DNA of 64,000 nt from Methanothrix sp. (lineage in GTDB: Archaea > Halobacteriota > Methanosarcinia > Methanotrichales > Methanotrichaceae). The stretch spans positions 1,072,899 to 1,136,898 of the forward strand of contig NZ_JADJJX010000001.1 in NCBI RefSeq assembly GCF_016706325.1. Direction: 5' to 3'. Position numbers and translations under genes: made by a program. The first letter of the stretch is position 1; every line of letters begins with the position of its first letter. Below, in pieces: positions 1-9,597 of the stretch. A model generated the notes under the pieces. It ran no database searches. It had not been told where the DNA came from and saw nothing but the letters and a program-made list of their open reading frames with translations.

Positions 1-1259
1 GGCAGAAATTTTTTTGGATCATTCGCATAATAGCGATTGAAAGCATCCCGAATCAGTTCATCTGCCTGAGCTAAAACTCTGGAATTTGGGAGCGCACCCG
101 GTTTGCGATGAAAAGTCTTGATGTAATGAGCGATATCAAGCGAATACTTCTGATTCCCAGCCAATCGACGATGAACTGCAATGATATCGTTTCCATCAAG
201 GAACTCGATCCTATCCACCAACATCTTCAGTGTAATATATCGAGGACGGTATGTATCCGGAATTGAGTAGAAGTTCCCGTCAAATTTTACCAATGAATAC
301 CGCGAAATAGTTGCACGTTTCAGTTCGCAGTTTTCAAATTCGAGTGTTGGCAATGGATGCATCAAGGCTCGCTCTTGATCAAGGCCCTGGACCGGCACAT
401 CGGATCGACGATAGACAGGATGGCCGTTTATCTCGCCAAGGCGCATTTTTAGCCATTCAGCAGCCTCATTTATGGATGCAAATGAACTCCTTTCGCTGAA
501 AGTGGCACGCCGGACATAGCCTACACTTTCTTCGTCTGTCCCTTTCTCGTTAGGTGAAGCTGGATTGCAGACACAGGGCTGAAAACCGAAATGCATAGAG
601 AATTCCAGAAATTTATCATTGAACTGCTGCTTTCGAGAATCGTATACAGCAGCCATTCTGTCATAGAATATCGCCTCGGGAACTGAGCCGATCTCGCGGA
701 AGAATTCGATGTGGGCCTGGATCACTTCCAGACGGGTTGATCTGTTATAGAGGCGAGCAAATCGATAGAGCGAGAAGGGCAAGACGAAGACCGCAAGGTA
801 GAATTTCTGCCATACTCCGGCGATATTGAGTGTGACTTCGCCCCAATCGAATTCTGCACGCTGACCAATGCGCGGCTCCTGCAAGATAAACACCTCTCGG
901 GGTGCATTAGTGCGTTTCCAGCGGACAACTTCGTCCTTGACCGTGGTATAACCTATTTTATGACCATCCTGGACGAGAAGCTCCCAGATTCTTTTGCCGT
1001 GAGTCGTTGTTTTTGGGGCATCCCATGTTTGACTCAAGATATTGATGTATCTTCTGACGGACAAGATCAGTGAGAACGCGAGAGGGTTGAACGATCTTTC
1101 GGTTTTTGGGAATGATCTCCTCCGCCAATCCTTCTTGCACATCTTTGACCTGATGAAGATACTTTTTCACAGTGTTCCGGGATATGTTCAGTTCGCGGGC
1201 TACTTTTTGTAGGACTTATGGAGTTCGTACAGGTCTACGATTCTACGTACATCTGCCAT
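1..1259 (-). pseudogene. istA: IS21-family transposase IstA (runs off window start), disrupted by two frame breaks
   Basis: Minus-strand translation gives MADVRRIVDLYELHKSYKK* (1259->1200). It then switches frame to VARELNISRNTVKKYLHQVKDVQEGL...MGCPK (ORF 958..1170). A second switch gives TTHGKRIWELLVQDGHKIGYTTVKDEVVRWK...RAEFDWGEVTLNIAGVW..., which stays open to base 1. The HTH N-terminus plus a DWGE-type DDE core resemble IS21 IstA. Both breaks lie in 5-nt homopolymers (plus-strand T5 at 1204-1208 and 1010-1014). Confidence 0.7.
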
Positions 1260-1513
1260 CGTTTTCACCTTACCGCCCACCTCTCAGAGTACTTGGAGAG
1301 GGAAGGCTTTCCTTTTTGGGGGGGGGTCAAAAACGAACTGGCGTTTCCTTAAATAGGGGGGTCAAAATTGAGTCGGCGAATACAAAGAAGCGTGTTTAGG
1401 TGTAAAAACAAAATGGAATCGCTGCGGAACTGCTTTAAGGAATTTCAGAGTTTTTTTGGAAGTATGTACGCGGACATTGTCAATAATAATTACTATTTTT
1501 ATATGTTTAGGAA

Positions 1514-1707
1514 TATGTGTTTAGCTCATCATAATCGATATCATTGAGCCCATTCAGCAGCATCCTGCGCAACCAATTCTCAATAGCAGATTTCGGGCAA
1601 GACTAGCTTATTACTATCGTTTTCCGTCTGGGATAGGTTATTTTCCTCATGCTCATCATGAGATGAAACCTCCATCAATCGAACTATTCAGTGGAGCTAA
1701 ACACATA
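1514..1707. repeat. perfect 14-bp inverted repeat pair (tatgtgtttagctc 1514-1527 / gagctaaacacata 1694-1707) enclosing 166 bp
   Basis: Read directly from the sequence. A direct half-copy atatgtttag sits at 1501-1510. The pair lies between the IS21 istA 5' end and the stop of the ATPase gene. Multiple subterminal repeats are typical of IS21 ends. Confidence 0.6.
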
Positions 1708-1714
1708 CCAATTT

Positions 1715-3163
1715 TTATAGTATATTGAGAGCCTTGCAGAGGCCCAAATGAATCGTGATAGTTTTATTTGGATCAAAACTTGCATAGGGATTTCGATACT
1801 TCATCGTGTATCTGTCTTCTCCAAAGTTATTCCTCCTTACATTTCCTATTGCGCTGGAATCAAAAAGGACATTTAGTATTCTCGTTAATTCTAAAGAATT
1901 AAAACGCTCATCTGTATTTTTCTTTATTTCTAAATCAGTGAGATTAAACCTGATTTCATTCATCGATCCCAAGAGCTTTATTGAATTATCGATTTCTTCC
2001 GGGGTTAGATAACCGGATAATTCATCTGTAATCTCTTCTATGAGGTAATTGAGTGAGTAGGTCCTTAGTCCATTCCAGACTTCACCCACAGTAGGAATGG
2101 CTCCTTTTGTATGTTCTTGAATGTTTTTCAACAAATGTATAAAATCCCTTGGACGATAGCGAGTATTATCGAGAAGTGTTTTTACAGTAGGATCTCCGGA
2201 TCTTATTTCGCTAGGCAGGAATTCTTGGAAAATATCCACTTCCCTTTTTAGGGATGTTTTCGCCCGCAGATTCACTAATTTTACCAAATTAACCGAGGTT
2301 ACATCTCTCACATCTTGATACCAATCCAATGTTTTTGAGTAATCCTGCTTGATTTTATTTTTGTTGGGACCAGGTAATTTATCAAATAAGTCAGTTCTAC
2401 ATAGGATAATGACTTTAGAATTTACATTATTTTTTAAAAATTTCCTATTCATTCTCTCGGCAGCTTGAATTAGTGCGATTAACGATTCATATTGTCTATC
2501 TTTTTTCGTCAAGACATCATCTAAGCCATCAACTATTATCATATGCTTGCATTTGGCCTTTACAGTGTAGCACAATTCCCGCAAATTTTGGAAAATGACA
2601 TCTATTCCATAATCAGCTTTTGCCTTTTCAGACATATGAGCGATATTAATGACACTAGCTATATTTATTCTAAATTCTTTCTTAGATACCGTCTTAACCA
2701 TATCAGCCAAAGATTGGCCTGGGGTTAAACCAAGATCCTGAAGACCTTTTACAATATTTTTATAGATATTGGTATCAAAATATTCTGTATCTTTGTTCCT
2801 GGAAAAGCTTTCCAAAAAAGAAATTAAAAGCAGGAACTCCCAATAATTAGGATAACGTGTCTGTGGAGCTTCATTTATAGGTAATAATTTAGAAAATTGT
2901 GCATAAGGAAAATCTTCTAGATAATATAACTTTACAATAAGACTTTTATCACTTTCAGATATTAGTTCTAGTTTTGATGCAATAGCAGTTTTTCCAGAGC
3001 CTTTTGGACCTAGAATAAGAAAGGTGTTGCTACTCAGAAGGCTTTCAATGTATCCATTTGCATCTAGAAATCCTTCTATTAATAAATTGGGATTATGAGT
3101 TTTTTCAGTTTCTGCTGCGGCCATGCCAAACGTAATATTCTTGAATTCATTTCCATTATCCAT
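1715..3163 (-). CDS. P-loop NTPase, NACHT/STAND-like, function unknown
   Basis: 482-aa ORF. Walker A is LILGPKGSGKT and the NACHT-style Walker B is HMIIVDGLDDVL, followed by KVIILCRTDLF and a helical C-terminal half. The gene is markedly AT-rich relative to the rest of the window. The family call rests on motif memory only. Confidence 0.7.
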   Translation of the reverse strand: MDNGNEFKNITFGMAAAETEKTHNPNLLIEGFLDANGYIESLLSSNTFLILGPKGSGKTAIASKLELISESDKSLIVKLYYLEDFPYAQFSKLLPINEAPQTRYPNYWEFLLLISFLESFSRNKDTEYFDTNIYKNIVKGLQDLGLTPGQSLADMVKTVSKKEFRINIASVINIAHMSEKAKADYGIDVIFQNLRELCYTVKAKCKHMIIVDGLDDVLTKKDRQYESLIALIQAAERMNRKFLKNNVNSKVIILCRTDLFDKLPGPNKNKIKQDYSKTLDWYQDVRDVTSVNLVKLVNLRAKTSLKREVDIFQEFLPSEIRSGDPTVKTLLDNTRYRPRDFIHLLKNIQEHTKGAIPTVGEVWNGLRTYSLNYLIEEITDELSGYLTPEEIDNSIKLLGSMNEIRFNLTDLEIKKNTDERFNSLELTRILNVLFDSSAIGNVRRNNFGEDRYTMKYRNPYASFDPNKTITIHLGLCKALNIL

Positions 3164-3348
3164 TTAATCCCTGCTACATCTAGCAGATAAGTTAAAAAAG
3201 TATATCAACCTTTCTACGTACGAAAATTCATGTAGAATCCTAAAACCTATATTCCGCACTTTAGACTCATGATTTCCGAATTTCGGCTTTTAAATATCAG
3301 TAACATTTTTAAATAAATAGCTGATATGCCCTTTTGAAGGGATGTAGC

Positions 3349-4921
3349 ATGGATGTAGATGTCCAGTCATATAATATAGGTCATCTTGGTATCGTAGCTG
3401 GCACTTTTGATTATTTGAAAATCGCAGAAGTAATAGATAGAGCACTACCAAAACAAGGTTCAAGGAATCTTCCTCATTCGATAACAACTAAAGCCATGGT
3501 CCTTAACGGTTTAGGGTTCACTCATCAGCGGCTATACCTGTTTCCCAATTTCTTCATGACCATACCAACCGAAAAGCTTCTCGGCGAAGGCGTCACTCCA
3601 TCAGATCTCAATGATGATGTAGTCGGCAGGACGCTCGATGCGATTTATGAATACGGCCCGACCGAGCTGTTCAATGAGATTACTCTGCAGGTCATGAAAA
3701 ATTTCTCATTAGGAACTAAGCTGATCCACGTTGATACAACGAACTTCAGCGTTCAGGGCAAATACGAAAATGATGCCCCTGACGGCACGGATTCGATGAG
3801 AATCACCTTTGGTCATGCCAAAGACGGCAGAAAGGATCTTAAACGGTTTGTTCTCGGTTTGGTAACAGACCAGTTTGGATTGCCACTTTATACCGAAGCG
3901 TTTTCTGGTAATGAATCGGACAAGAAAAGCATAATCAAAATGATCCAAAAAACGCAAAAGGCAATCAACTTTGATGACGAAAGCTACTGGATCGCCGATA
4001 GTGCTATGTATACCGAGGATAATATCAAGCTTCTGGGAACGGAGAAGAAATGGATCACTCGTGCCCCGGCGACTTTAGAAGAGGTAGATAAACTTCTCAA
4101 TGCTGAACCGAATTTCACTCCTGGCATCGATTCTAGATATGCCTTTTACGCTGCCGACCTAAATTATGGCGGCATTCCGCAACGTGCCGTTGTTGTTTGG
4201 TCTGATGAAAAACAAAAGAGGGATGAACAGACCTTCGACAGGAAGATCCAGAAGGAGACCACTCAGGCCGAAAAAGAGCTTAAAAAACTCACGAGCAAGA
4301 AGTTCGCCTGCATTCCTGATGCCGAAAACGATGCTAAGATCTGGGCATCTGCGCATCCTCATCACATTCTCAAAAATCTAGATATACTTCAAGTGGCAGA
4401 AAAAGTTGAAAAAAAAGCGTGGTCGACCAAAGAAGGATGAGCTCATAAAGGTCAGCTTTAAAATCGAAGCCCAGATTGGTCTAAATGAGGATGCACTAAA
4501 CAATAAACGCAAGAAGCTCGGTCGATTCGTATTAGTCAGCAACGATACCGATCTTAATCCTGAGGTCATGCTCAATTATTATAAAGGGCAGCAGACTGTA
4601 GAACGTGGGTTTCGTTTCCTGAAGGACAAAAGCTTCCATGTCTCTGAGGTTTACCTGAAGAAGGAGGAAAGGATAGAAGCGCTATGCATGATTATGGTTC
4701 TCAGTCTACTTATTTACTCCTTTGCCGAATGGCAGCTAAGGGAGAAGCTCAAGGAAACGGGACAAACAATACCTAATCAATTAAATAAACCAACTCAGCG
4801 GCCGACTATGAGATGGGTTTTCGAGATTTTTATGGGAGTAATCCAGTCTGTTGTTACTTCAGCCCACATTCCGCACTTTAACTTCCTAAATAGAGTATTT
4901 CTTCAGCTAACGATTCTTTAA
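3349..4921 (+). pseudogene. IS1634-family DDE transposase split by a frame break in an A8 run
   Basis: ORFs 3334..4440 and 4406..4921 overlap. The N-terminus MDVDVQSYNIGHLGIVAGTFDYLKIAEVIDRALP is typical of IS1634-type transposases. The frames join as ...VEKK|KRGRPKKDELIKV across aaaaaaaa at 4409-4416. Confidence 0.7.
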
Positions 4922-5156
4922 ATATAATCATAAATAACTATATTTATCTACATTAATAATTTGTTCGCTTGCCATACCGCTCCAATCGAGAGAACATTCT
5001 GCTGTCTTGTCCCCTAGAGAGAAAATCGACTTAAATCAACATACTGCGAAAAAATCTAACGAGAAAATCATATTTTATTAAAAATATTTTCATTCAATTG
5101 GACAAATCGATAGCTGTAAAAATGCTAAACCCTTAACCTAAAGTGCGGAATGTGGG
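4863..5156. repeat. 294-bp MITE-like sub-element bounded by perfect 18-bp inverted repeats (third copy of the IS terminal repeat)
   Basis: cccacattccgcacttta at 4863-4880 has the same orientation as the left terminal repeat (IRL). It is the exact reverse complement of 5139-5156. Confidence 0.5.
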
Positions 5157-5765
5157 ATTGATTATTGCTGAATGAAAAAGCGCCTTTTGGGGTAGAAGTG
5201 AAACGGCGGCGACGCACCCCGCTGTAAGCAGACGGGGCATCCGAGGCGTCGCCGCATAAAGATAATACTACTCGGATCTGATTCAATCCCTAAGTTAGAT
5301 ACGGATGCCCTTTATCCCCGATGCAAGAATCGGGGTATTGCGATAAAATAAATATTTGATTGCTTTATATAATATAGTGTCCAAACATTCAGAACTACAA
5401 AACGATGGCTTTCGACCAATAAGGTTAATTAGCGGCAATATCTTCGCTACTGGTTTGTGGCCGGGGGCGGCTTTTCCTTACAATCTCTTCCTTTACCTTT
5501 TGCCGCTCTCGGCCCTCTCCTCGTAGCATCCAACCATCTGATCGGCTGGATGGACTGATCTTATGGCAATTATGAGATGATCAATTTGTCGGATGGGGCC
5601 TTGCAGGGGGCCTCGCAGGAGGGAGAAGGTGCAGCCCGTCCCTGCCATCCGGCACAGAAAGAGGCCCTTCATTCATGATCTGGCATCTGCGGCTCTTGCC
5701 AGTTTTGAGCCTCTGGAGGCAGCCCATCTTCATCTTAATATATGCGGACTGGCCTTCTTTTTAGT

Positions 5766-6506
5766 ATGCGTGCTGCCCTCCTTCAGCAGACCGTCCTGCC
5801 CTGTCGGAAATCCGAGAACCTCTCTCATGCCCTCTTACTGGCCCGCACCGCCCTGGCAGAGGGTGCGAAGATCCTGGTCTATCCTGAACTCTTCCTGACT
5901 GGATTCTGCTATGAGCCCGTCGCACATCAGGGGGTGAGAGGGACGGATGCATTCGAAGAGCTTGATCCCTTCCGCGACCTGGTCAGAGATCACGACTGCC
6001 TGATCATCGGCTCAGTCCGCCGCGGCCGGTCAAACCTGGGCTTCTGCCTGGACCGCTCCGGCCTGTATCTGCGGGCCAAGATCCATCCCTTCGGGGAGGA
6101 GAAGAGGCACTTCGATGGGGGGGATACAATATCTCCCATATCCACCCCCTGGGGCCTGGTGGGGCTGGAGATCTGCTACGATCTGCGTTTTCCTGAGGTG
6201 GCCCGTTCCCTGGCCCTTCAAGGTGCCGATCTCCTGGTGACAGTGGCCCAGTTTCCCCGGCAGAGGGAGGAGCAGTGGCGGGCATTATGCATCGCCAGGG
6301 CAGTAGAGAACCAGATCCCTCACCTGGCCTGCAACTGGGCAGATGGTGGGGGCTCCATGATCATCACCGCCCGGGGCCTGGTGGTGGCGGGGGCGGAGGG
6401 CGGAGAAGAGATCATAATGGGCGAGATCGATCCCGGAGAGAGGGACGAGGTGCGAGGAGAGATCCCCTGCTTCGCCGACCGCCGCCCCCAGGTATACCTG
6501 AGGTGA
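5766..6506 (+). CDS. carbon-nitrogen hydrolase (nitrilase superfamily)
   Basis: VYPELFLTGF (catalytic Glu region) and GLEICYDLRFPE (catalytic Cys) motifs are present. The track ORF starts at 5742; the ATG at 5766 (MRAALLQQ) fits the family N-terminus better. Confidence 0.8.
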   Translation: MRAALLQQTVLPCRKSENLSHALLLARTALAEGAKILVYPELFLTGFCYEPVAHQGVRGTDAFEELDPFRDLVRDHDCLIIGSVRRGRSNLGFCLDRSGLYLRAKIHPFGEEKRHFDGGDTISPISTPWGLVGLEICYDLRFPEVARSLALQGADLLVTVAQFPRQREEQWRALCIARAVENQIPHLACNWADGGGSMIITARGLVVAGAEGGEEIIMGEIDPGERDEVRGEIPCFADRRPQVYLR

Positions 6507-6636
6507 TGGCATAAACCCCCTGACCACCGACCTGCTGATCTCGAAGTTCCGGGAGTATTATATCCAGGCCACCCTGGAGCCTCCCCCCGAACTGCAGTCC
6601 AGGGAATGGGGCTTTCTCTTCTTCGATGACTCGGGC

Positions 6637-7713
6637 ATGCGACGGCACAAATCCTTCTTCAGCCGGGGGGAGCTGGTGGACTATGTGCGCTCCATGGTCC
6701 CCCGCCATGTCTATCACTCTGCCGCCTACTACCAGCGGCCAGGCGCGCCCACAATGAACGAGAAGCTCTGGCAGGGGGCGGATCTGATATTCGATCTGGA
6801 TGCCGATCACCTCCGCTCTGCCCCCGAAAGCTATGCCGGGATGCTGGCGCAGGTCAAAAAGGAGACCGAAAAGCTCCTCACCTTCCTGCTATCCGATTTC
6901 GGCTTTGCTGAGAGCAGGATCAGCCTGGCCTTCTCCGGCGGCCGGGGCTATCACATCCATGTCCGTGACCAGCGGATATTCAGCTTCGGAGGAGAGGAGC
7001 GGCGGGAGATAGTGGACTACCTCTCCGGCCGGGGCCTGTCCATGGACCGGTTCATCCATGAGGCCCCAGTGGAGGGATGGGGGGGAGCAGGAGGAAGGCG
7101 CCTGAGAGCCCCGGCACAGGACTCGCCGGGCTGGGGGGGGAGGATCAACCGTTCCATCCTCTCCTTTGTGGAGGGTCTGCGCATCCTGGATGAGCCCGGA
7201 GCAGTGGCCGTCCTCTCCCGGGTCAAGGGCATCGGCCCCAAGAAGGCCAGCAGCTTCTACCGCAGCCTGCAGGGAGAGGGGGTGATAGAGGAGATCCGCC
7301 GGGGGAACCTTGATCTCTTTCGGGGCAGCGCAGGCATCTGGAAGCTTCTTCTGAAGAATTGCCTGGAGGACGAGGGGGTGGCAGTGGGGTTTAACCTGGA
7401 CCGGGAACGGGGAGAGACCGACGAGCCTGTGACTGCTGATGTGCGCCGGCTGATTCGCTGCCCGGGGAGTCTGCACGGCGGCTCGGGCCTGAGGGCAACG
7501 CCCCTATCGATCAACGATCTGGAGGAGTTCGATCCCCTGCAGGATGCTGTGGTCTTCGGGGACGAGCCGGTGGCCCTGGAGATCTTAAAGCCCTTCAGCA
7601 CCCAGATGAAGGGGAACAGCTACAGCCTGAGGGAGGGGCCGGAGGAGCTGCCGCTATACCTGGCGGTATTCCTCATGGGCAGGGGGGTGGCAGAGGCCAG
7701 GATGAGGCTTTAG
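6637..7713 (+). CDS. priS: DNA primase small (catalytic) subunit PriS
   Basis: Archaeo-eukaryotic primase motifs ADLIFDLDADH and FSGGRGYHIHV are present. Conserved N-terminal sequence (LISKFREYY...REWGFLFF) continues in frame upstream of the first ATG to about 6508, so the true start is probably near 6506 (see finding). Confidence 0.85.
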   Translation: MRRHKSFFSRGELVDYVRSMVPRHVYHSAAYYQRPGAPTMNEKLWQGADLIFDLDADHLRSAPESYAGMLAQVKKETEKLLTFLLSDFGFAESRISLAFSGGRGYHIHVRDQRIFSFGGEERREIVDYLSGRGLSMDRFIHEAPVEGWGGAGGRRLRAPAQDSPGWGGRINRSILSFVEGLRILDEPGAVAVLSRVKGIGPKKASSFYRSLQGEGVIEEIRRGNLDLFRGSAGIWKLLLKNCLEDEGVAVGFNLDRERGETDEPVTADVRRLIRCPGSLHGGSGLRATPLSINDLEEFDPLQDAVVFGDEPVALEILKPFSTQMKGNSYSLREGPEELPLYLAVFLMGRGVAEARMRL

Positions 7714-7783
7714 ATAGAGGGGCGAAAAGGCTATTATACCATCCAGGCATCTATGATAAGTCCGTATAAAAATTGCTGATGAG

Positions 7784-8359
7784 GTGGATGTTTTGGATCT
7801 GGCCAATGTGCTCCGGGAAGAGCGCAAGTCTGCAGAGCTTCAGCCACTGGATGAGGATTTCTATCAGCAGGTCGGCATCTATCTGACCGGCATGAGCCAG
7901 GAACTCTCCAGAGTGGAAGACCCCTTCAGCGTGGAGGCTCAAATCCTCCAGGATACCCTCAAGAGCGAGAGGGGCAGCCTGAACAAGCTCATAGACCAGA
8001 GAATAAAGAAGATCGTCCGCCGGGCGCTCCGCAACGCCAGATCTGCCTCTCGAGAGGTGGTATTCGCAGGAATGACAGCAGAGGAGACTGAGATCTACCG
8101 GCAGGTGCTCTCCACCATTGCTCTTGGCCGGGAGTCCATCCTCTTTCATATGACTCCCACCGAAAGGCCTTTAACGGGCAAAAAAGATATAACGCGGGAA
8201 TACGAAGTCGTGCGGTTGCTGGATGATGTTCCCATGTTTGCGGGAGTCGACGGGAAGAACTACCTTCTCGCCAGGGACGATGTCGCCGTCATCCCTGCCG
8301 TCCATGCCAGAAATCTGCGCAACAAAAATTTAGCTTCAGAAGTGAAGATCCAGAGATGA
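7784..8359 (+). CDS. probable GINS subunit (Gins51/Gins15-like)
   Basis: 191 aa with a GTG start. The N-terminal pattern is LREERKSAELQPLDEDFY. It sits directly downstream of priS, as in many Euryarchaeota. The call rests on context plus a weak motif. Confidence 0.5.
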   Translation: MDVLDLANVLREERKSAELQPLDEDFYQQVGIYLTGMSQELSRVEDPFSVEAQILQDTLKSERGSLNKLIDQRIKKIVRRALRNARSASREVVFAGMTAEETEIYRQVLSTIALGRESILFHMTPTERPLTGKKDITREYEVVRLLDDVPMFAGVDGKNYLLARDDVAVIPAVHARNLRNKNLASEVKIQR

Positions 8360-8365
8360 TAAGAA

Positions 8366-8647
8366 GTGAAGATGCCAAAGAAGCTTAATGCTTACTGTCC
8401 GTTCTGCAAGAAGCACACCGCACAGACGGTGGAGAGGGTAAGAAAAGGCCGGGCTTCCACCTTGACCCGCATTACCAGGCAGAAGCTCAGAGCTAATGGA
8501 ATAGGAAATCAGGGCAAATTCTCCAAGGTTCCAGGAGGAGATAAGCCCACGAAGAGGCTGAACCTGAGATACCGCTGTAGCAGCTGCAAGAAGGCCCACA
8601 ACCGACCCGGATTCAGGGCGGGCAAGTTCGATCTGGTGGAGAGCTGA
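8366..8647 (+). CDS. rpl44e: 50S ribosomal protein L44e (eL42)
   Basis: [22 protein letters not shown]...YRCSSCKK, with a CxxC...CxxC zinc ribbon. Confidence 0.9.
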   Translation: MKMPKKLNAYCPFCKKHTAQTVERVRKGRASTLTRITRQKLRANGIGNQGKFSKVPGGDKPTKRLNLRYRCSSCKKAHNRPGFRAGKFDLVES

Positions 8648-8649
8648 AC

Positions 8650-8817
8650 ATGCCCAGCAAATTCGTGAAGGTTAAGTGCAACGACTGCGAGAATGAGCAG
8701 GTGATCTTCGCCCATGCCGCGACTGTGGTAAAATGTCTGGTCTGCGGGCGCACTCTGGCTGAGCCCACTGGAGGCAAGGCCTTGATCAAGACCACTGTAA
8801 TAGAAGTGCTCGAGTGA
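8650..8817 (+). CDS. rps27e: 30S ribosomal protein S27e (eS27)
   Basis: 55-aa ORF below the track cut-off: [55 protein letters not shown]. It has a CxxC...CxxC zinc ribbon. Confidence 0.85.
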   Translation: MPSKFVKVKCNDCENEQVIFAHAATVVKCLVCGRTLAEPTGGKALIKTTVIEVLE

Positions 8818-8820
8818 TTT

Positions 8821-9597
8821 GTGATGCAACGTGAGGGCTGGCCAGAGCCTGGATCTCTAGTGGTCTGCACTGTCACTCAGGTGGTGGACTTCGGTGCTTT
8901 CGTCTCCATAGACGAGTTCGCAGGCAAGCAGGGCCTGATTCATATCTCCGAGGTAGCCAGCGGATGGATCAAGTATATCCGCGACCATGTGCGAGAAGGG
9001 CAGAAGATAGTCTGCAAGGTACTGAATGTGGATACCTCCCGGCATCATATCGATCTCTCCCTCAAGGATGTGAATGAGCATCAGAGGCGGGAGAAGATCC
9101 AGGAGTGGAAGGCCGATCAGAAGGCCTGGAAATGGCTGGAGATGGCCTATAAAGAGCAGCCTGGAGATGCCAAGAGGGTGGCTGATGCCCTGGTGGCCTT
9201 ATACGATAGCCTCTACCTGGCCATGGAAGAGACAGCTATCAGCGGCCCTGAGGCCCTGAAAGATGCCGATCTGAGTGAGGAGGATGTCAAGATCCTGGAG
9301 AGCCTCTCTCGAGATAACGTCAAGATTCCCTCAGTTGAGATCAGCGGCTATGTGGATATCACCTCTCCTGCTCCGGATGGAGTGGAGGTGATCCGCAAGG
9401 CTCTCAAGCAGGTGAAGAGGATCAAGGACAAGGATGCAGCGCTCTTTGTATCCTATGTCGGAGCACCACGTTATCGCATTCATGTCACTGCTCCCGACTA
9501 TAAATATGCGGAGTCTGTTCTCAAAAAGTCAGCTCAGGCTATAGTGAACTATATAGAACAACACGGCGGAGAGGGCGCTTTCTACAGAGAGGCATGA
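8821..9597 (+). CDS. eif2a: translation initiation factor aIF2 alpha subunit
   Basis: N-terminal S1 domain GSLVVCTVTQVVDFGAFVSIDEFAGKQGLIHISEVASGWI. The length (258 aa) and operon context fit. Confidence 0.9.
   Translation: MMQREGWPEPGSLVVCTVTQVVDFGAFVSIDEFAGKQGLIHISEVASGWIKYIRDHVREGQKIVCKVLNVDTSRHHIDLSLKDVNEHQRREKIQEWKADQKAWKWLEMAYKEQPGDAKRVADALVALYDSLYLAMEETAISGPEALKDADLSEEDVKILESLSRDNVKIPSVEISGYVDITSPAPDGVEVIRKALKQVKRIKDKDAALFVSYVGAPRYRIHVTAPDYKYAESVLKKSAQAIVNYIEQHGGEGAFYREA

Larger units (their letters stand above)
3246..5156 (+). mobile_element. IS1634-like (IS4 superfamily) insertion sequence with 19-bp terminal inverted repeats
   Basis: The left inverted repeat (IRL) is cctatattccgcactttag (3246-3264). 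The right inverted repeat (IRR) is ctaaagtgcggaatgtggg (5138-5156), whose reverse complement is cccacattccgcactttag. The two match at 17 of 19 positions and enclose the transposase ORFs. Confidence 0.65.

Noticed and set aside
1686-1697. ttcagtggagc as another ORB element
   Set aside because: It matches only 8 core bases, lacks the extended flanks shared by the 37198 and 50075 copies, and overlaps the IS-associated inverted repeat. It is probably a chance match.
5138-5160. aaGTGCGgaatg as a possible group II intron 5' end (GUGYG)
   Set aside because: The same sequence is the terminal inverted repeat of the IS1634-like element (three copies). No reverse transcriptase/maturase ORF or domain V-like hairpin follows.
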